Of a stretch of 30,000 nucleotides of DNA, positions 15,298-23,849 are shown piece by piece; the first letter of the stretch is position 1, and the number at the start of each line of letters is the position of its first letter. Under the pieces are notes generated by a model. It did not search any database and was not told the DNA's origin. It saw only the letters and a list, made by a program, of their open reading frames with translations. This stretch comes from an uncultured Sutterella sp. (GTDB taxonomy: Bacteria > Pseudomonadota > Gammaproteobacteria > Burkholderiales > Burkholderiaceae_F), in NCBI GenBank assembly GCA_937943605.1, contig CALEAW010000089.1:4592-34591 (forward strand), in the 5' to 3' direction. The translations under genes were made by a program, and so were the position numbers.

Positions 15298-16491
15298 TCA
15301 ATCCTTTGACACCAAAATACGCTTGAAGACCGGCACCACTCGCCAGAGACAGTAAGCCGCCGCCAAGAGCGCAATACCACCACCCACATAGCCAATCTCG
15401 CCAATCGAAAGGTGCGTACAGACCACGCCGCCCACCAAAGCGCCCGACCCAATACCAACGTTATAGATGCCTGAAAAAACTGACATCGCAATGGCGGTGC
15501 CTGTCGGCGCAGCCGCAATGATGGCTGATTGGAATGTAAGGTTGTAGAGCGTAACCGCAAAGCCCCAGAAGAGACACAACACGAAGACCGTGACTTCGGC
15601 GGTTGCAGCCTCTCGCATCAAAAGTAGGCTCAAAGCCATACCAACCACCGCAGCCTTCATAAAGGTCAGTGGATGGCGATCATAAAAGTGCGAAAAGACC
15701 CAACTCCCTACAATGCCTACTGCACCATAAGCGACCAACACCCATGTAATGTGATCAGGCACCATGCCCGTCACTTGCGCTAAGAAGGGCTCGATATAGC
15801 TATAGACCGTAAAGTTACCGGTCATGATGATAGGCGTCAGAATATAGATGCCAAGCAACGCGGGCTGCGTTAGCAATTTAGGCACTTGGCGGAGTTTGAC
15901 TGCCTGCTGACTTTCAACACTCGGGAAGAAGCGCCACAAGCAAAAGAGCGCCAAAGCGGCCGTCAAACCTATCGCCAAAAAGGTCACGCGCCAACCAAGG
16001 TAAAGCCCCAACACACGCCCCAACGGTAGCCCGGCAATCATCGCAATCGAAGAACCCGCAACCACCATACTCAAGGCCGTCGAGCGCTTGTGTTTAGGCG
16101 CCACTTCAACGGCCAGAGGACTCACTACCGACCAAAAGATGGCATGTGAGCACGCCACGCCGAGTCGTGAAATCAGAAGCATCCAATAGCTTGTTGAAAC
16201 CGCCGACAAACAGTGACTGCCGACAAAGAGCGCCAATATCAGCATCATCAGACGCCGGCACTCCATCTTGGCTGCAAGAAGCATCAGGGGTAGTGATAAG
16301 ATGGCCACCACCCAGGCATAAATGGTCACAAGCCACCCTGTTTGCGCTTCTGTCGTACCAAAGTCTCGCCCGATATCAGTCAACAAACCGATCGGAATGA
16401 ACTCGGACGTATTGAAGACAAACGCACAAAGCGTGAGCGTAAGCACAGGTAGCCACGTCACAAAAGTCGCTTTCAGTGAAGGTGTCGACAT
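15298..16491 (-). CDS. sotB: MFS DHA1-type sugar efflux transporter, SotB/YdeA-like
   Basis: 397 aa. It looks colinear with E. coli SotB (396 aa, recalled): FNT.EF.P.GLL.DI, TIYAWVVA..SLP.ML, HAIFWS, GLPLGR, YSYIEPF, and FSGI.N.GIG.GALVG. Confidence 0.75.
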   Translation of the reverse strand: MSTPSLKATFVTWLPVLTLTLCAFVFNTSEFIPIGLLTDIGRDFGTTEAQTGWLVTIYAWVVAILSLPLMLLAAKMECRRLMMLILALFVGSHCLSAVSTSYWMLLISRLGVACSHAIFWSVVSPLAVEVAPKHKRSTALSMVVAGSSIAMIAGLPLGRVLGLYLGWRVTFLAIGLTAALALFCLWRFFPSVESQQAVKLRQVPKLLTQPALLGIYILTPIIMTGNFTVYSYIEPFLAQVTGMVPDHITWVLVAYGAVGIVGSWVFSHFYDRHPLTFMKAAVVGMALSLLLMREAATAEVTVFVLCLFWGFAVTLYNLTFQSAIIAAAPTGTAIAMSVFSGIYNVGIGSGALVGGVVCTHLSIGEIGYVGGGIALLAAAYCLWRVVPVFKRILVSKD

Positions 16492-16523
16492 CGTTAATCC
16501 AGCCGCATCAAAAGAGATTGATT

Positions 16524-16542
16524 GAGGCTCTCTTTGAGCCTC
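16524..16542 (-). terminator. Possible weak terminator or insulator hairpin between the ABC-2 operon and the sotB-like gene
   Basis: GAGGCTC-tcttt-GAGCCTC forms a 7-bp stem. The T-rich flank is better on the plus strand, which has no gene, than on the minus strand, so function is uncertain. Confidence 0.25.
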
Positions 16543-16622
16543 TTTATAAGATTGAAGGGACTAGATTTTACGCCTAAACGACTGAAACGGTGGCATAAGA
16601 CCGTTAAAAAACCGCAACCGAC

Positions 16623-17729
16623 TTACACGATCTTGTGCCTAAACAAGTAGCTCGCCACGAACATCGAGACCACCCCCATCATCGCCACAGGCCAAGCGAG
16701 TGGCAAGACATCAATGAGCGAAGCACCTTCAAAATAGATGGCGCGTAAAGCCTGGATGCTATAGCGCATCGGATTCAAAATCGTCAACGTTTGCATCCAT
16801 TCGGGCATGGCTCGAACGGACGTCATTAGGCCTGACAAAATCACCATGGGCAGCATCATAAAGATGATGGCCACGATCGATTGTTGAATGTTTTTGGCCA
16901 TAGCCGAAACAGCTAAGCCTAAGCCCACCATGGAGACGCTATAACCTAAGACAAAGAGTCCTAATTCGATGAACGATCCAATAAACGGCAGTTCAAACCA
17001 CCAAAAGCCAATGGCAAAAATCATAAAAGCCTGCACACAGGCAATCAGGGTGGGGATAATGCTTTTGCCAATCAAGATTTCCACACTGTCGGCTGGCGTC
17101 ATCAGCATCATGTCAAAAGAGCCGTCTTCTCGTTCACGCGAAACCGAAAGCCCAGCGAGCAATAGCACTTGAATCGTGGCAAGCGCCAAAATGAGTGGCG
17201 GAACAATGGTATACCGCGTAATGCCGTTTTCATTCCAACGATAGCGTTCTCGAAGTTGCAAACCACCCTCGCCAACACCATGCGCGTCATTCACTTTTTT
17301 GACGATGCTGTATAGATATCCTAACGCAATCCCAGCTGTGGTCGAATTACGTGCATCGGTCACCACCATCATTTCGCCTGAACGCGCAAAGTCGTTCGAA
17401 AAGTAGACACCGACAAGCGATTCAGCTTTGTCAATTGACCGCTCAAAGTCCGTCAAAGAAACAGCGTTTCGTTGCAAATCAAAAATTCCCGTCCCTTCGA
17501 TGCGACGAATGACTTCGGCGGACGCGGACGAATGCGACTCATCAAGAAGCGTCCAAGGGACACGCTCAAGGTTAAAGGTCGCACCGTAACCAAAGAGAAT
17601 GGCTTGCGCAAAAACGGGGACGATCAAAACGACGCGAGAGCCTTTGTCGCCTAAAATGACGGCTAGTTCTTTGAGCACAATCGCATAAATACGGTTGAGC
17701 GACATGAGCCAACGTTGCCAAATGGTCAT
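16623..17729 (-). CDS. ABC-2-type transporter permease, YbhR-like
   Basis: 368 aa from MTIWQRWLMSLNRIYAIVLKE. Its ATG overlaps the TGA of the upstream permease as ATGA (17726-17729), so the 409-aa track ORF is over-extended. It has a long periplasmic loop followed by five C-terminal TM segments, typical of the ABC-2 family. Confidence 0.85.
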   Translation of the reverse strand: MTIWQRWLMSLNRIYAIVLKELAVILGDKGSRVVLIVPVFAQAILFGYGATFNLERVPWTLLDESHSSASAEVIRRIEGTGIFDLQRNAVSLTDFERSIDKAESLVGVYFSNDFARSGEMMVVTDARNSTTAGIALGYLYSIVKKVNDAHGVGEGGLQLRERYRWNENGITRYTIVPPLILALATIQVLLLAGLSVSREREDGSFDMMLMTPADSVEILIGKSIIPTLIACVQAFMIFAIGFWWFELPFIGSFIELGLFVLGYSVSMVGLGLAVSAMAKNIQQSIVAIIFMMLPMVILSGLMTSVRAMPEWMQTLTILNPMRYSIQALRAIYFEGASLIDVLPLAWPVAMMGVVSMFVASYLFRHKIV

Positions 17730-18928
17730 GACGCCTCCTTTGTCAGAGCGGTTGACTTTGGGCGCCTTTGAGACGAACGCTTTTGCAACATCTGTATCGT
17801 CACCAATGCCGCAAGCGTTATCCAGCCTACAAGTATGCACGCATTTTGCCAAACTAAAGGACCATCACCCGCTAAGAAGATTTGCTTTAAGGCTTCCATC
17901 GCATAGGTAGGCGGCAAAAGGCGTCCAACCACTTCAATCCATTCAGGGACGCTACGCAAATCAAACAAGAAACCCGAGAGCATGAGGCTAGGCAAAAAGG
18001 CCAAGACAACCGTGGCCTCAGTGGCCAAAAATTGGCTCTTCGTTTTCGCGGACAAAAAGAGCCCTAAGACGGACGACCATCCCGAAAGCAAGGCAAGCAT
18101 CACTAATAGCGCAAAGAGACTTCCTCGAAGCGGCACTTCAAATAACGTTTGCGCCACGATCAAACACAATAAACTCCCTAAAAAGGTCACCACCCAATAC
18201 GGAAGCCACTTACTCAAGAAGATTTCAAGCACAGAAGCCGGCGTCGCAAATAAGGCCGACATCGTACCTCGCTCCCATTCTCGCGCCACCACAATGGCAC
18301 ACATGAGACCACCCGCAATTCCGGTCACCAAAACAAAGAGCCCTGGCACGATGTACCACGTTGAAATCATGCCTTCGTTAAACCAACTACGAGAGACAAG
18401 GTTTTTCACGGGCAACGCTTGCGCGAGCGTTGCTTCGTCAATATCGATCAAACCGCTCTTTTGCTGCTTGGCAATCGATGTTTGAATCACGCCTTCTGCA
18501 TAGGTCTTAAAAAGCAAAGCTGACTGGCTATCCACACCATAGACGGTGAGTCCCATCAAGGCTTGTCGACCATTCATTAAGTCCGCCGTAAAGCCACTAG
18601 GGATCGTGAGGACAAGTTCGACAGCTCGATTTTCAAAGGCGCTTTCAGCCGCTTGAGACGAATGAAAAACTTCGGTTCTGAAATGTTGATTGGCCGTCAA
18701 GTCAACCGCAATACGGCGAGCAGTGAGTGAACGGTCTTCTAGCACCACGGCAGTAGGAATATGCCGCATATCAAGTGAAATGCCATAGCCGTAAATCAAC
18801 AGCATAAAGATCGGCAAAAAGAGCCCGATCACTAGAGAGGACGGATCACGCAGGATCTGTCGACACTCTTTCAAGAGAAGCGCTCGACATCGGGCGGCTG
18901 AAAACCGTAATCCACCACGCTTAGTCAT
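17726..18928 (-). CDS. ABC-2-type transporter permease, YbhS-like
   Basis: 400 aa with ABC-2 permease architecture. Its start overlaps the ATPase stop by 8 nt (ATGACTAA, 18921-18928). Confidence 0.85.
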   Translation of the reverse strand: MTKRGGLRFSAARCRALLLKECRQILRDPSSLVIGLFLPIFMLLIYGYGISLDMRHIPTAVVLEDRSLTARRIAVDLTANQHFRTEVFHSSQAAESAFENRAVELVLTIPSGFTADLMNGRQALMGLTVYGVDSQSALLFKTYAEGVIQTSIAKQQKSGLIDIDEATLAQALPVKNLVSRSWFNEGMISTWYIVPGLFVLVTGIAGGLMCAIVVAREWERGTMSALFATPASVLEIFLSKWLPYWVVTFLGSLLCLIVAQTLFEVPLRGSLFALLVMLALLSGWSSVLGLFLSAKTKSQFLATEATVVLAFLPSLMLSGFLFDLRSVPEWIEVVGRLLPPTYAMEALKQIFLAGDGPLVWQNACILVGWITLAALVTIQMLQKRSSQRRPKSTALTKEAS

Positions 18929-20804
18929 GAGTCGCTCCTTCGGACGTTATCACACTTTGGCGCGCTCGGCGATCTTCTTCAACCAGCGCAACAAAAGCCT
19001 CTTCAATTGACCGGATGGGTTGGCCGTCAGACACTTGACGCGCCGCAGATCGAATTTCGTTAGGTGTCCCGATCGCCAAAATGCGGCCAGCCTCTTGAAT
19101 CAAGAAGCGATCACAATACTCGGCTTCTTCCATAAAATGGGTTGTCACGACGATCGTTGTCCCTTGCGCAGCGAGTCTAGTTAAACCACGCCAAAAATGT
19201 CGGCGTGAGGCGAGGTCTGCGCCTGACGTTGCTTCATCCAAAAAGAGAATCGCCGGTTGATGTAGTAGTGCACAAGCGATCGCCAAGTCACGCTTTGCAC
19301 CTAACGGTAAGTCGTTCGCTAGCATCTTTCGGTAGCGTGCCAATTCATAGGCAACGAGCGCGTCTTCAACTTGTGTTGTGAGCGTTGCGCCATAAAACCC
19401 GTAGCTTCGTGCAAAGTAACGCAGGTTTTCTTCAACCGTGAGATTGGCATAAAGCGAAAACTTCTGAGCGACATATCCAATCTCGGCGCGTGCCTTGGCT
19501 AAAGCCTTACGTAAATCACGGCCTTCGAGCATGACGCGCCCCGAGGACGGCGGCAAGAGACCACAGAGCATTCGAAAAGTCGTGGTTTTACCCGCGCCAT
19601 TGGGCCCCAACAACCCAAAGATCTCACCACGGCGCACCGTAAAAGATGACGCTGCGACCGCGACAAAGTCACCAAAGTGACGCGACACCTCGGCGGCTTC
19701 AATCACGATAGATGCGTCCTCTGGTGACATACCATTGGACCCTGTTGATGCCGCTTGACCTGTCAAAGCATCAACCGTAATGCCTGGTTCGGCACGATGC
19801 TTGCCTTCAAAGGTCATGAGCGCATACGCGTCTTCCATACGAGCGGGGCGCGTGGTGACGTCGACCGTAGCCACAAACGCACTTCCCCATTGTGCAATCA
19901 ACCAGGCTTTGACAGCTTCAAGTGTTTGAGACTTTTGCGTCAAAAGTTCAATAGCGCCATCGCGCGGTACGACATCAAGACAAAAAGTTTCGTCGCTCAA
20001 CCCTACACGCTGCATCAAACGGCGCGTATAAGTTTGCTTGATCGGGTCAGCTACGTCGCCCAACTGCACACGAAACGTTTGCTCTTGAGCTTTGGATAGC
20101 AAGGCAGTTGGCGTATCTGCAGCCAACAGATGACCATTCGTGAGGCAAATGACCCAATCCGCTTTTTCAGCTTCTTCAAGATAGGCAGTCGAAAAAAAGC
20201 ACGTCGTTTGTGTCAAAGCCATCATTTGATGAATGATGTGCCAAAGCTCACGACGAGAGAGCGGATCAACACCCACGGTCGGTTCATCCAAAATTAAAAA
20301 CCTTGGCGCACGCACGAGTGCAATACTCAACGCGAGCTTTTGCTTCATGCCGCCAGAGAGGTCGCCCGCCAACCGACCTTCAAAACCGGCAAGCCCCGTG
20401 AGTTGAAGTAGTTGACGATAATGCTCGGCCAAACTCATGCCAGCTTTCATGGGCTTTGCACCACGAAGCGTCCCAAAAAGTTCGAGGTTTTCGATCACCG
20501 ATAGGTCTTTATATAGTCCCAAAGACTGCGGCATATAAGCGACCGTCTCTAAAAACCTTTCATCGTCTGGATCTGGCGCTTGACCAAGGACTTCAATATA
20601 TCCATGATCAGGCACTTCTAAACCACACACGAGTCGCATGAGAGTTGACTTGCCAGCGCCATCTGGCCCCACCAAAGCCACCAAGCGCGCCGAAGCTGGG
20701 ATCGATATCGTTAAGCCGTCGACCGCGCGAATCGGCGGACGACCAGGCGCCGCATCAAAGATGCGCGTCAAGTTTTTAGCATCAATCAGAGGACGAGACG
20801 TCAT
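18921..20804 (-). CDS. Fused two-domain ABC ATPase, YbhF-like
   Basis: There are two NBDs. NBD1 has GPDGAGKST / LSGGMKQK / FLILDEPT. NBD2 has GPNGAGKTT / LPLGAKRD / ILFLDEAT / TTHFMEEAE. I prefer the ATG at 20804 (MTSRPLIDAKNL), preceded by GAAGGTG, over the TTG at 20825. Confidence 0.85.
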   Translation of the reverse strand: MTSRPLIDAKNLTRIFDAAPGRPPIRAVDGLTISIPASARLVALVGPDGAGKSTLMRLVCGLEVPDHGYIEVLGQAPDPDDERFLETVAYMPQSLGLYKDLSVIENLELFGTLRGAKPMKAGMSLAEHYRQLLQLTGLAGFEGRLAGDLSGGMKQKLALSIALVRAPRFLILDEPTVGVDPLSRRELWHIIHQMMALTQTTCFFSTAYLEEAEKADWVICLTNGHLLAADTPTALLSKAQEQTFRVQLGDVADPIKQTYTRRLMQRVGLSDETFCLDVVPRDGAIELLTQKSQTLEAVKAWLIAQWGSAFVATVDVTTRPARMEDAYALMTFEGKHRAEPGITVDALTGQAASTGSNGMSPEDASIVIEAAEVSRHFGDFVAVAASSFTVRRGEIFGLLGPNGAGKTTTFRMLCGLLPPSSGRVMLEGRDLRKALAKARAEIGYVAQKFSLYANLTVEENLRYFARSYGFYGATLTTQVEDALVAYELARYRKMLANDLPLGAKRDLAIACALLHQPAILFLDEATSGADLASRRHFWRGLTRLAAQGTTIVVTTHFMEEAEYCDRFLIQEAGRILAIGTPNEIRSAARQVSDGQPIRSIEEAFVALVEEDRRARQSVITSEGATHD

Positions 20805-20814
20805 GACGACACCT

Positions 20815-21801
20815 TCATGGCGCAAAATCCACCGTCACGGGTTGCCCAAGACGCAAAACATTGTCTTTATCTTCAAGGTTAAGTCGCACCTCATAGACCA
20901 AAGTCGTGCGCAAGGCTTGCGTGGCGACGGTCTTAGGCGTGAATTCAGCTTCTGACGAGATGTAGCCAACGCGCGCTTTAATGGGCGGTGTGGTATCTGT
21001 AGTGACCAGAGCCTCGGCACCTTCTTTTACAAAAGCGAGTTGCGTTTCAGAAACAAAAGCACGCACCCATTTCGGATCCATGATGCTCACGTGATAAACC
21101 GCACGCTGCGCTGACGTCATGTCGCCAGGCTCCGCTAAACGCGTGCGAATGGTACCCGTGACGGGTGACGTAAGCACTGACGCCGTTTCAATCTGATAGT
21201 TGAGTGAAGCCACGACGGCGGCTCCAGCATCGCGAGCAGCTTTCGCTTGACGAATTTCATCAGGACGTAAGCCTGCGACTTTGAGGTTATACATCGCTAA
21301 AGCACTCGCACGACGCTTTTCAAGCGCTACGCGACGCCAACGCACGTCTTCTAAGGTTTGCACTGACGTCGCTTGCGACGCATAGAGCTTTTCTTGACGT
21401 GCCTCGGTCTTTTTAGCAAGTGCCAACTCGCTTTCAATGGCCTCGAGTTCAGCCTTAGCAGCCGCCACCTCTTCGTCTCTAAAGCCAGCCTCTGCTAAGC
21501 GCCACTTCGCATCAAGCGCTTCAAACTCCGCTTCGGCACGCTGACGTTCAATCTCTAACGCACGCGTATCTAAGCGCCCGATGACGTCCCCTTTTCGAAC
21601 ACTTTCACCCTCTTCCTTGGTCAAAGCCGCAATGCGTCCTGCGCCCTCAAAAGCCAAAGACACTTCACGCGCATCCACGCTCCCCCAAGCGATACTCGGC
21701 TTCACTTCTCGGGCTTCTTGCCACGACTTGACCCCATAGCCCGCGGCGCCAAGCGCAACGATGCCAAGGATCAAACCTATGATTTTCTTTTTGTTCGCCA
21801 T
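20815..21801 (-). CDS. HlyD-family periplasmic adaptor, YbhG-like
   Basis: 328 aa with an N-terminal TM anchor (IIGLILGIVALGAAGYG). It has a long Ala/Glu/Arg-rich coiled-coil flanked by lipoyl/barrel segments. It lies immediately upstream of the ABC ATPase and two ABC-2 permeases, as in E. coli ybhGFSR. Confidence 0.8.
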   Translation of the reverse strand: MANKKKIIGLILGIVALGAAGYGVKSWQEAREVKPSIAWGSVDAREVSLAFEGAGRIAALTKEEGESVRKGDVIGRLDTRALEIERQRAEAEFEALDAKWRLAEAGFRDEEVAAAKAELEAIESELALAKKTEARQEKLYASQATSVQTLEDVRWRRVALEKRRASALAMYNLKVAGLRPDEIRQAKAARDAGAAVVASLNYQIETASVLTSPVTGTIRTRLAEPGDMTSAQRAVYHVSIMDPKWVRAFVSETQLAFVKEGAEALVTTDTTPPIKARVGYISSEAEFTPKTVATQALRTTLVYEVRLNLEDKDNVLRLGQPVTVDFAP

Positions 21802-21911
21802 ACTGACCTACTATCAATTGTCACGTGAATGTCCAAAACCACGCGCTTTTACGTTACCTGGAGATTAGCATGACAAAAAACCGAAATCGCTTAACGTGTG
21901 CGTCCTCTGTT

Positions 21912-23846
21912 TTAAGCCAGCGCCGCCAATCGATCGGCAAGTCCACTTACGCGCTCAGTGCGGCGTTCGATGGCTGCATCAAGAACCTCTTCGGTACCAA
22001 AAATCGCGACCGACTTTTTGGTTCGCGTGACGCCTGTATAAAGGAGTTCGCGCGTTGCTAAGCCCGATTCTACGTTGTCCGGCAAAAAGACTGCAACGTG
22101 TTCAAACTCAGACCCTTGAGACTGATGAATCGTCATGGCATAGGCCACATCGTGGCGCGGCAAGAGCGTGGGCGGAAGGTTCTTCGTGCCATCAAAGTAT
22201 GCTCGCAATTCGCCGTTCTCATTAGGCAAAACCAACGCCACGTCCCCATTAAAGACCCCAAGCATATCGTCATTCTGACGAATAATCACCGCTAACCCTG
22301 GATAGCGCGTCGAATCATTGAGCCAATGCTTAAAGCCTGCCATCAAAAGACGCGTACGAAGATATTGGTCGGCAAAAGCATTGATCCCCTCAACGCTTTG
22401 TGCCCCTTGACGTTGCGCGCAAAGCGGACGAAAAACGTCAAACGCAGCCCATAGCGCCAGACGACCCTTAGTGAGCATCGATTCGGTTTTGTCTGTGCGC
22501 TCCACCAAAGCCAGATAGTTAATCAAGCGGTCAACATAGCGGCTTAAGTGCCCTTCTAACCAGACTCTGGCTTTTTCGGACACCCCCCAGTCTTTGTCGC
22601 CCACAGGCGGCGTCGAATCCCAGTCAATCTGCCAATCGCCTTCGCGCGTTGTTGGGTCTTCAAACAGCGCATGGACTTCAGCGCGCGCCTGCGCCTTGGT
22701 GAGACCGCCTTCATGGTTAATGGCCGAAGCCAAACGCGCAATCACAGAGCCTTCAGCAAAGCGTCGACTCTTTTTGAGTTCAACGGTATGGGCACCTAAA
22801 GCACCAGTCGATGACGAAATCGCCGCAAAAACGGCCCCAGGCCCCACAGCTGCCAACTGATGCTTATCACCCAAAATAATGACGCGGGTGCGTGATGACA
22901 CTGCTTCAAATAGGCGAGCCGCCAAATGGATGTCAACCATCGAGGCTTCGTCAATGATAAGGACGTCCGCAGGCAAAGGATTGTCAGCAGAAGGCTTATC
23001 GCCTGAGGCCGTCTTGGTGACGAGCCACTTATGAATCGTGTGTTCGCGCACGTGACGCTTTTCAGCCGCGGTCTGGTCATCTTCGACCAAGGCTTTCATA
23101 CGCGGGAAAAAGTGGCCGATCGTCCCTCGGGTCATGAGTTCAATCGACTCACGCATTCGTCCAGTGGCTTTGCCTGTTGGCGCTGCCAAATAGATCATCA
23201 GATCGGGATTGGCTTCTAACAAACACTCAAGAATCAAGACCACGGTCGTGGTTTTGCCCGTACCTGGTCCCCCAGAAATCACCGAAAAGTGATTTTCGAG
23301 CGCCAAGCGCACGGCTTTAGTTTGCAAAGGGTCCGATTGAAAAGCCGTGGTGAGCTTTTCAACTTGCGCAGCCATCTCAGGTGTTAAAGCGCTCCCCTTG
23401 TGACTTGCGAGCGTCCAAAGGGCTTTCGCAAGACGCGCTTCTTCAGCAAAAAATCGCGTGAAATATAGGCGCGACGCGAGACCGCCCGGCCCCTCGTCAA
23501 GCGTTAAAGGCTGAGTCTGAGCGGACACCTCACCCGCGGGTGACATCGCCAAAAGTTGCCACTCGGCCAAATCGGTGAGCTTATCGCGAATGAGCGTATC
23601 GACCAGGGTGGCATCAGCCTCACGATCGTAGCCCCACTTTTTGGCAACTTCACCCAAACTCACACAAACACTGCCGCGTGCGTCCGCTGTTGCAAAGGCA
23701 GCCATCATGGCAGCCATAAACTGATGCATTTCGTCATCAAAAGCCTTTTGCCCTGCCTCAATGCGCGCACGATCACCTAAACGCAAAAGCGCTTCCCCTA
23801 AAGCATGCAAGGGACCAACAACACCACTACCCAACATCACAGTCAT
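21912..23846 (-). CDS. recD: Exodeoxyribonuclease V alpha subunit RecD
   Basis: 644 aa. Walker A is SGGPGTGKTTTV and Walker B is VLIIDEASMV, with SF1 helicase motifs (IILGDKHQL, MTIHQSQGSEF). It follows recB after a 3-nt gap. Confidence 0.9.
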   Translation of the reverse strand: MTVMLGSGVVGPLHALGEALLRLGDRARIEAGQKAFDDEMHQFMAAMMAAFATADARGSVCVSLGEVAKKWGYDREADATLVDTLIRDKLTDLAEWQLLAMSPAGEVSAQTQPLTLDEGPGGLASRLYFTRFFAEEARLAKALWTLASHKGSALTPEMAAQVEKLTTAFQSDPLQTKAVRLALENHFSVISGGPGTGKTTTVVLILECLLEANPDLMIYLAAPTGKATGRMRESIELMTRGTIGHFFPRMKALVEDDQTAAEKRHVREHTIHKWLVTKTASGDKPSADNPLPADVLIIDEASMVDIHLAARLFEAVSSRTRVIILGDKHQLAAVGPGAVFAAISSSTGALGAHTVELKKSRRFAEGSVIARLASAINHEGGLTKAQARAEVHALFEDPTTREGDWQIDWDSTPPVGDKDWGVSEKARVWLEGHLSRYVDRLINYLALVERTDKTESMLTKGRLALWAAFDVFRPLCAQRQGAQSVEGINAFADQYLRTRLLMAGFKHWLNDSTRYPGLAVIIRQNDDMLGVFNGDVALVLPNENGELRAYFDGTKNLPPTLLPRHDVAYAMTIHQSQGSEFEHVAVFLPDNVESGLATRELLYTGVTRTKKSVAIFGTEEVLDAAIERRTERVSGLADRLAALA

Positions 23847-23849
23847 CCT

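Noticed and set aside
17730-17852. 5' extensions of track ORFs: 16623-17852 (409 aa), 14658-15197 (179 aa), 13639 start, 12638 TTG start and 20825 TTG start.
   Set aside because: In each case an internal ATG has a much better SD (GGAGG-type) or an ATGA stop/start overlap. Each internal start also gives a protein length typical of the family.
21802-21911. TCACGTGA palindrome and TTGGAC-N17-TAGTAG in the recD/ybhG-like gap, considered as a promoter or operator.
   Set aside because: The -10 is poor, and the putative start would leave almost no leader for the SD. An 8-bp palindrome alone is not significant.
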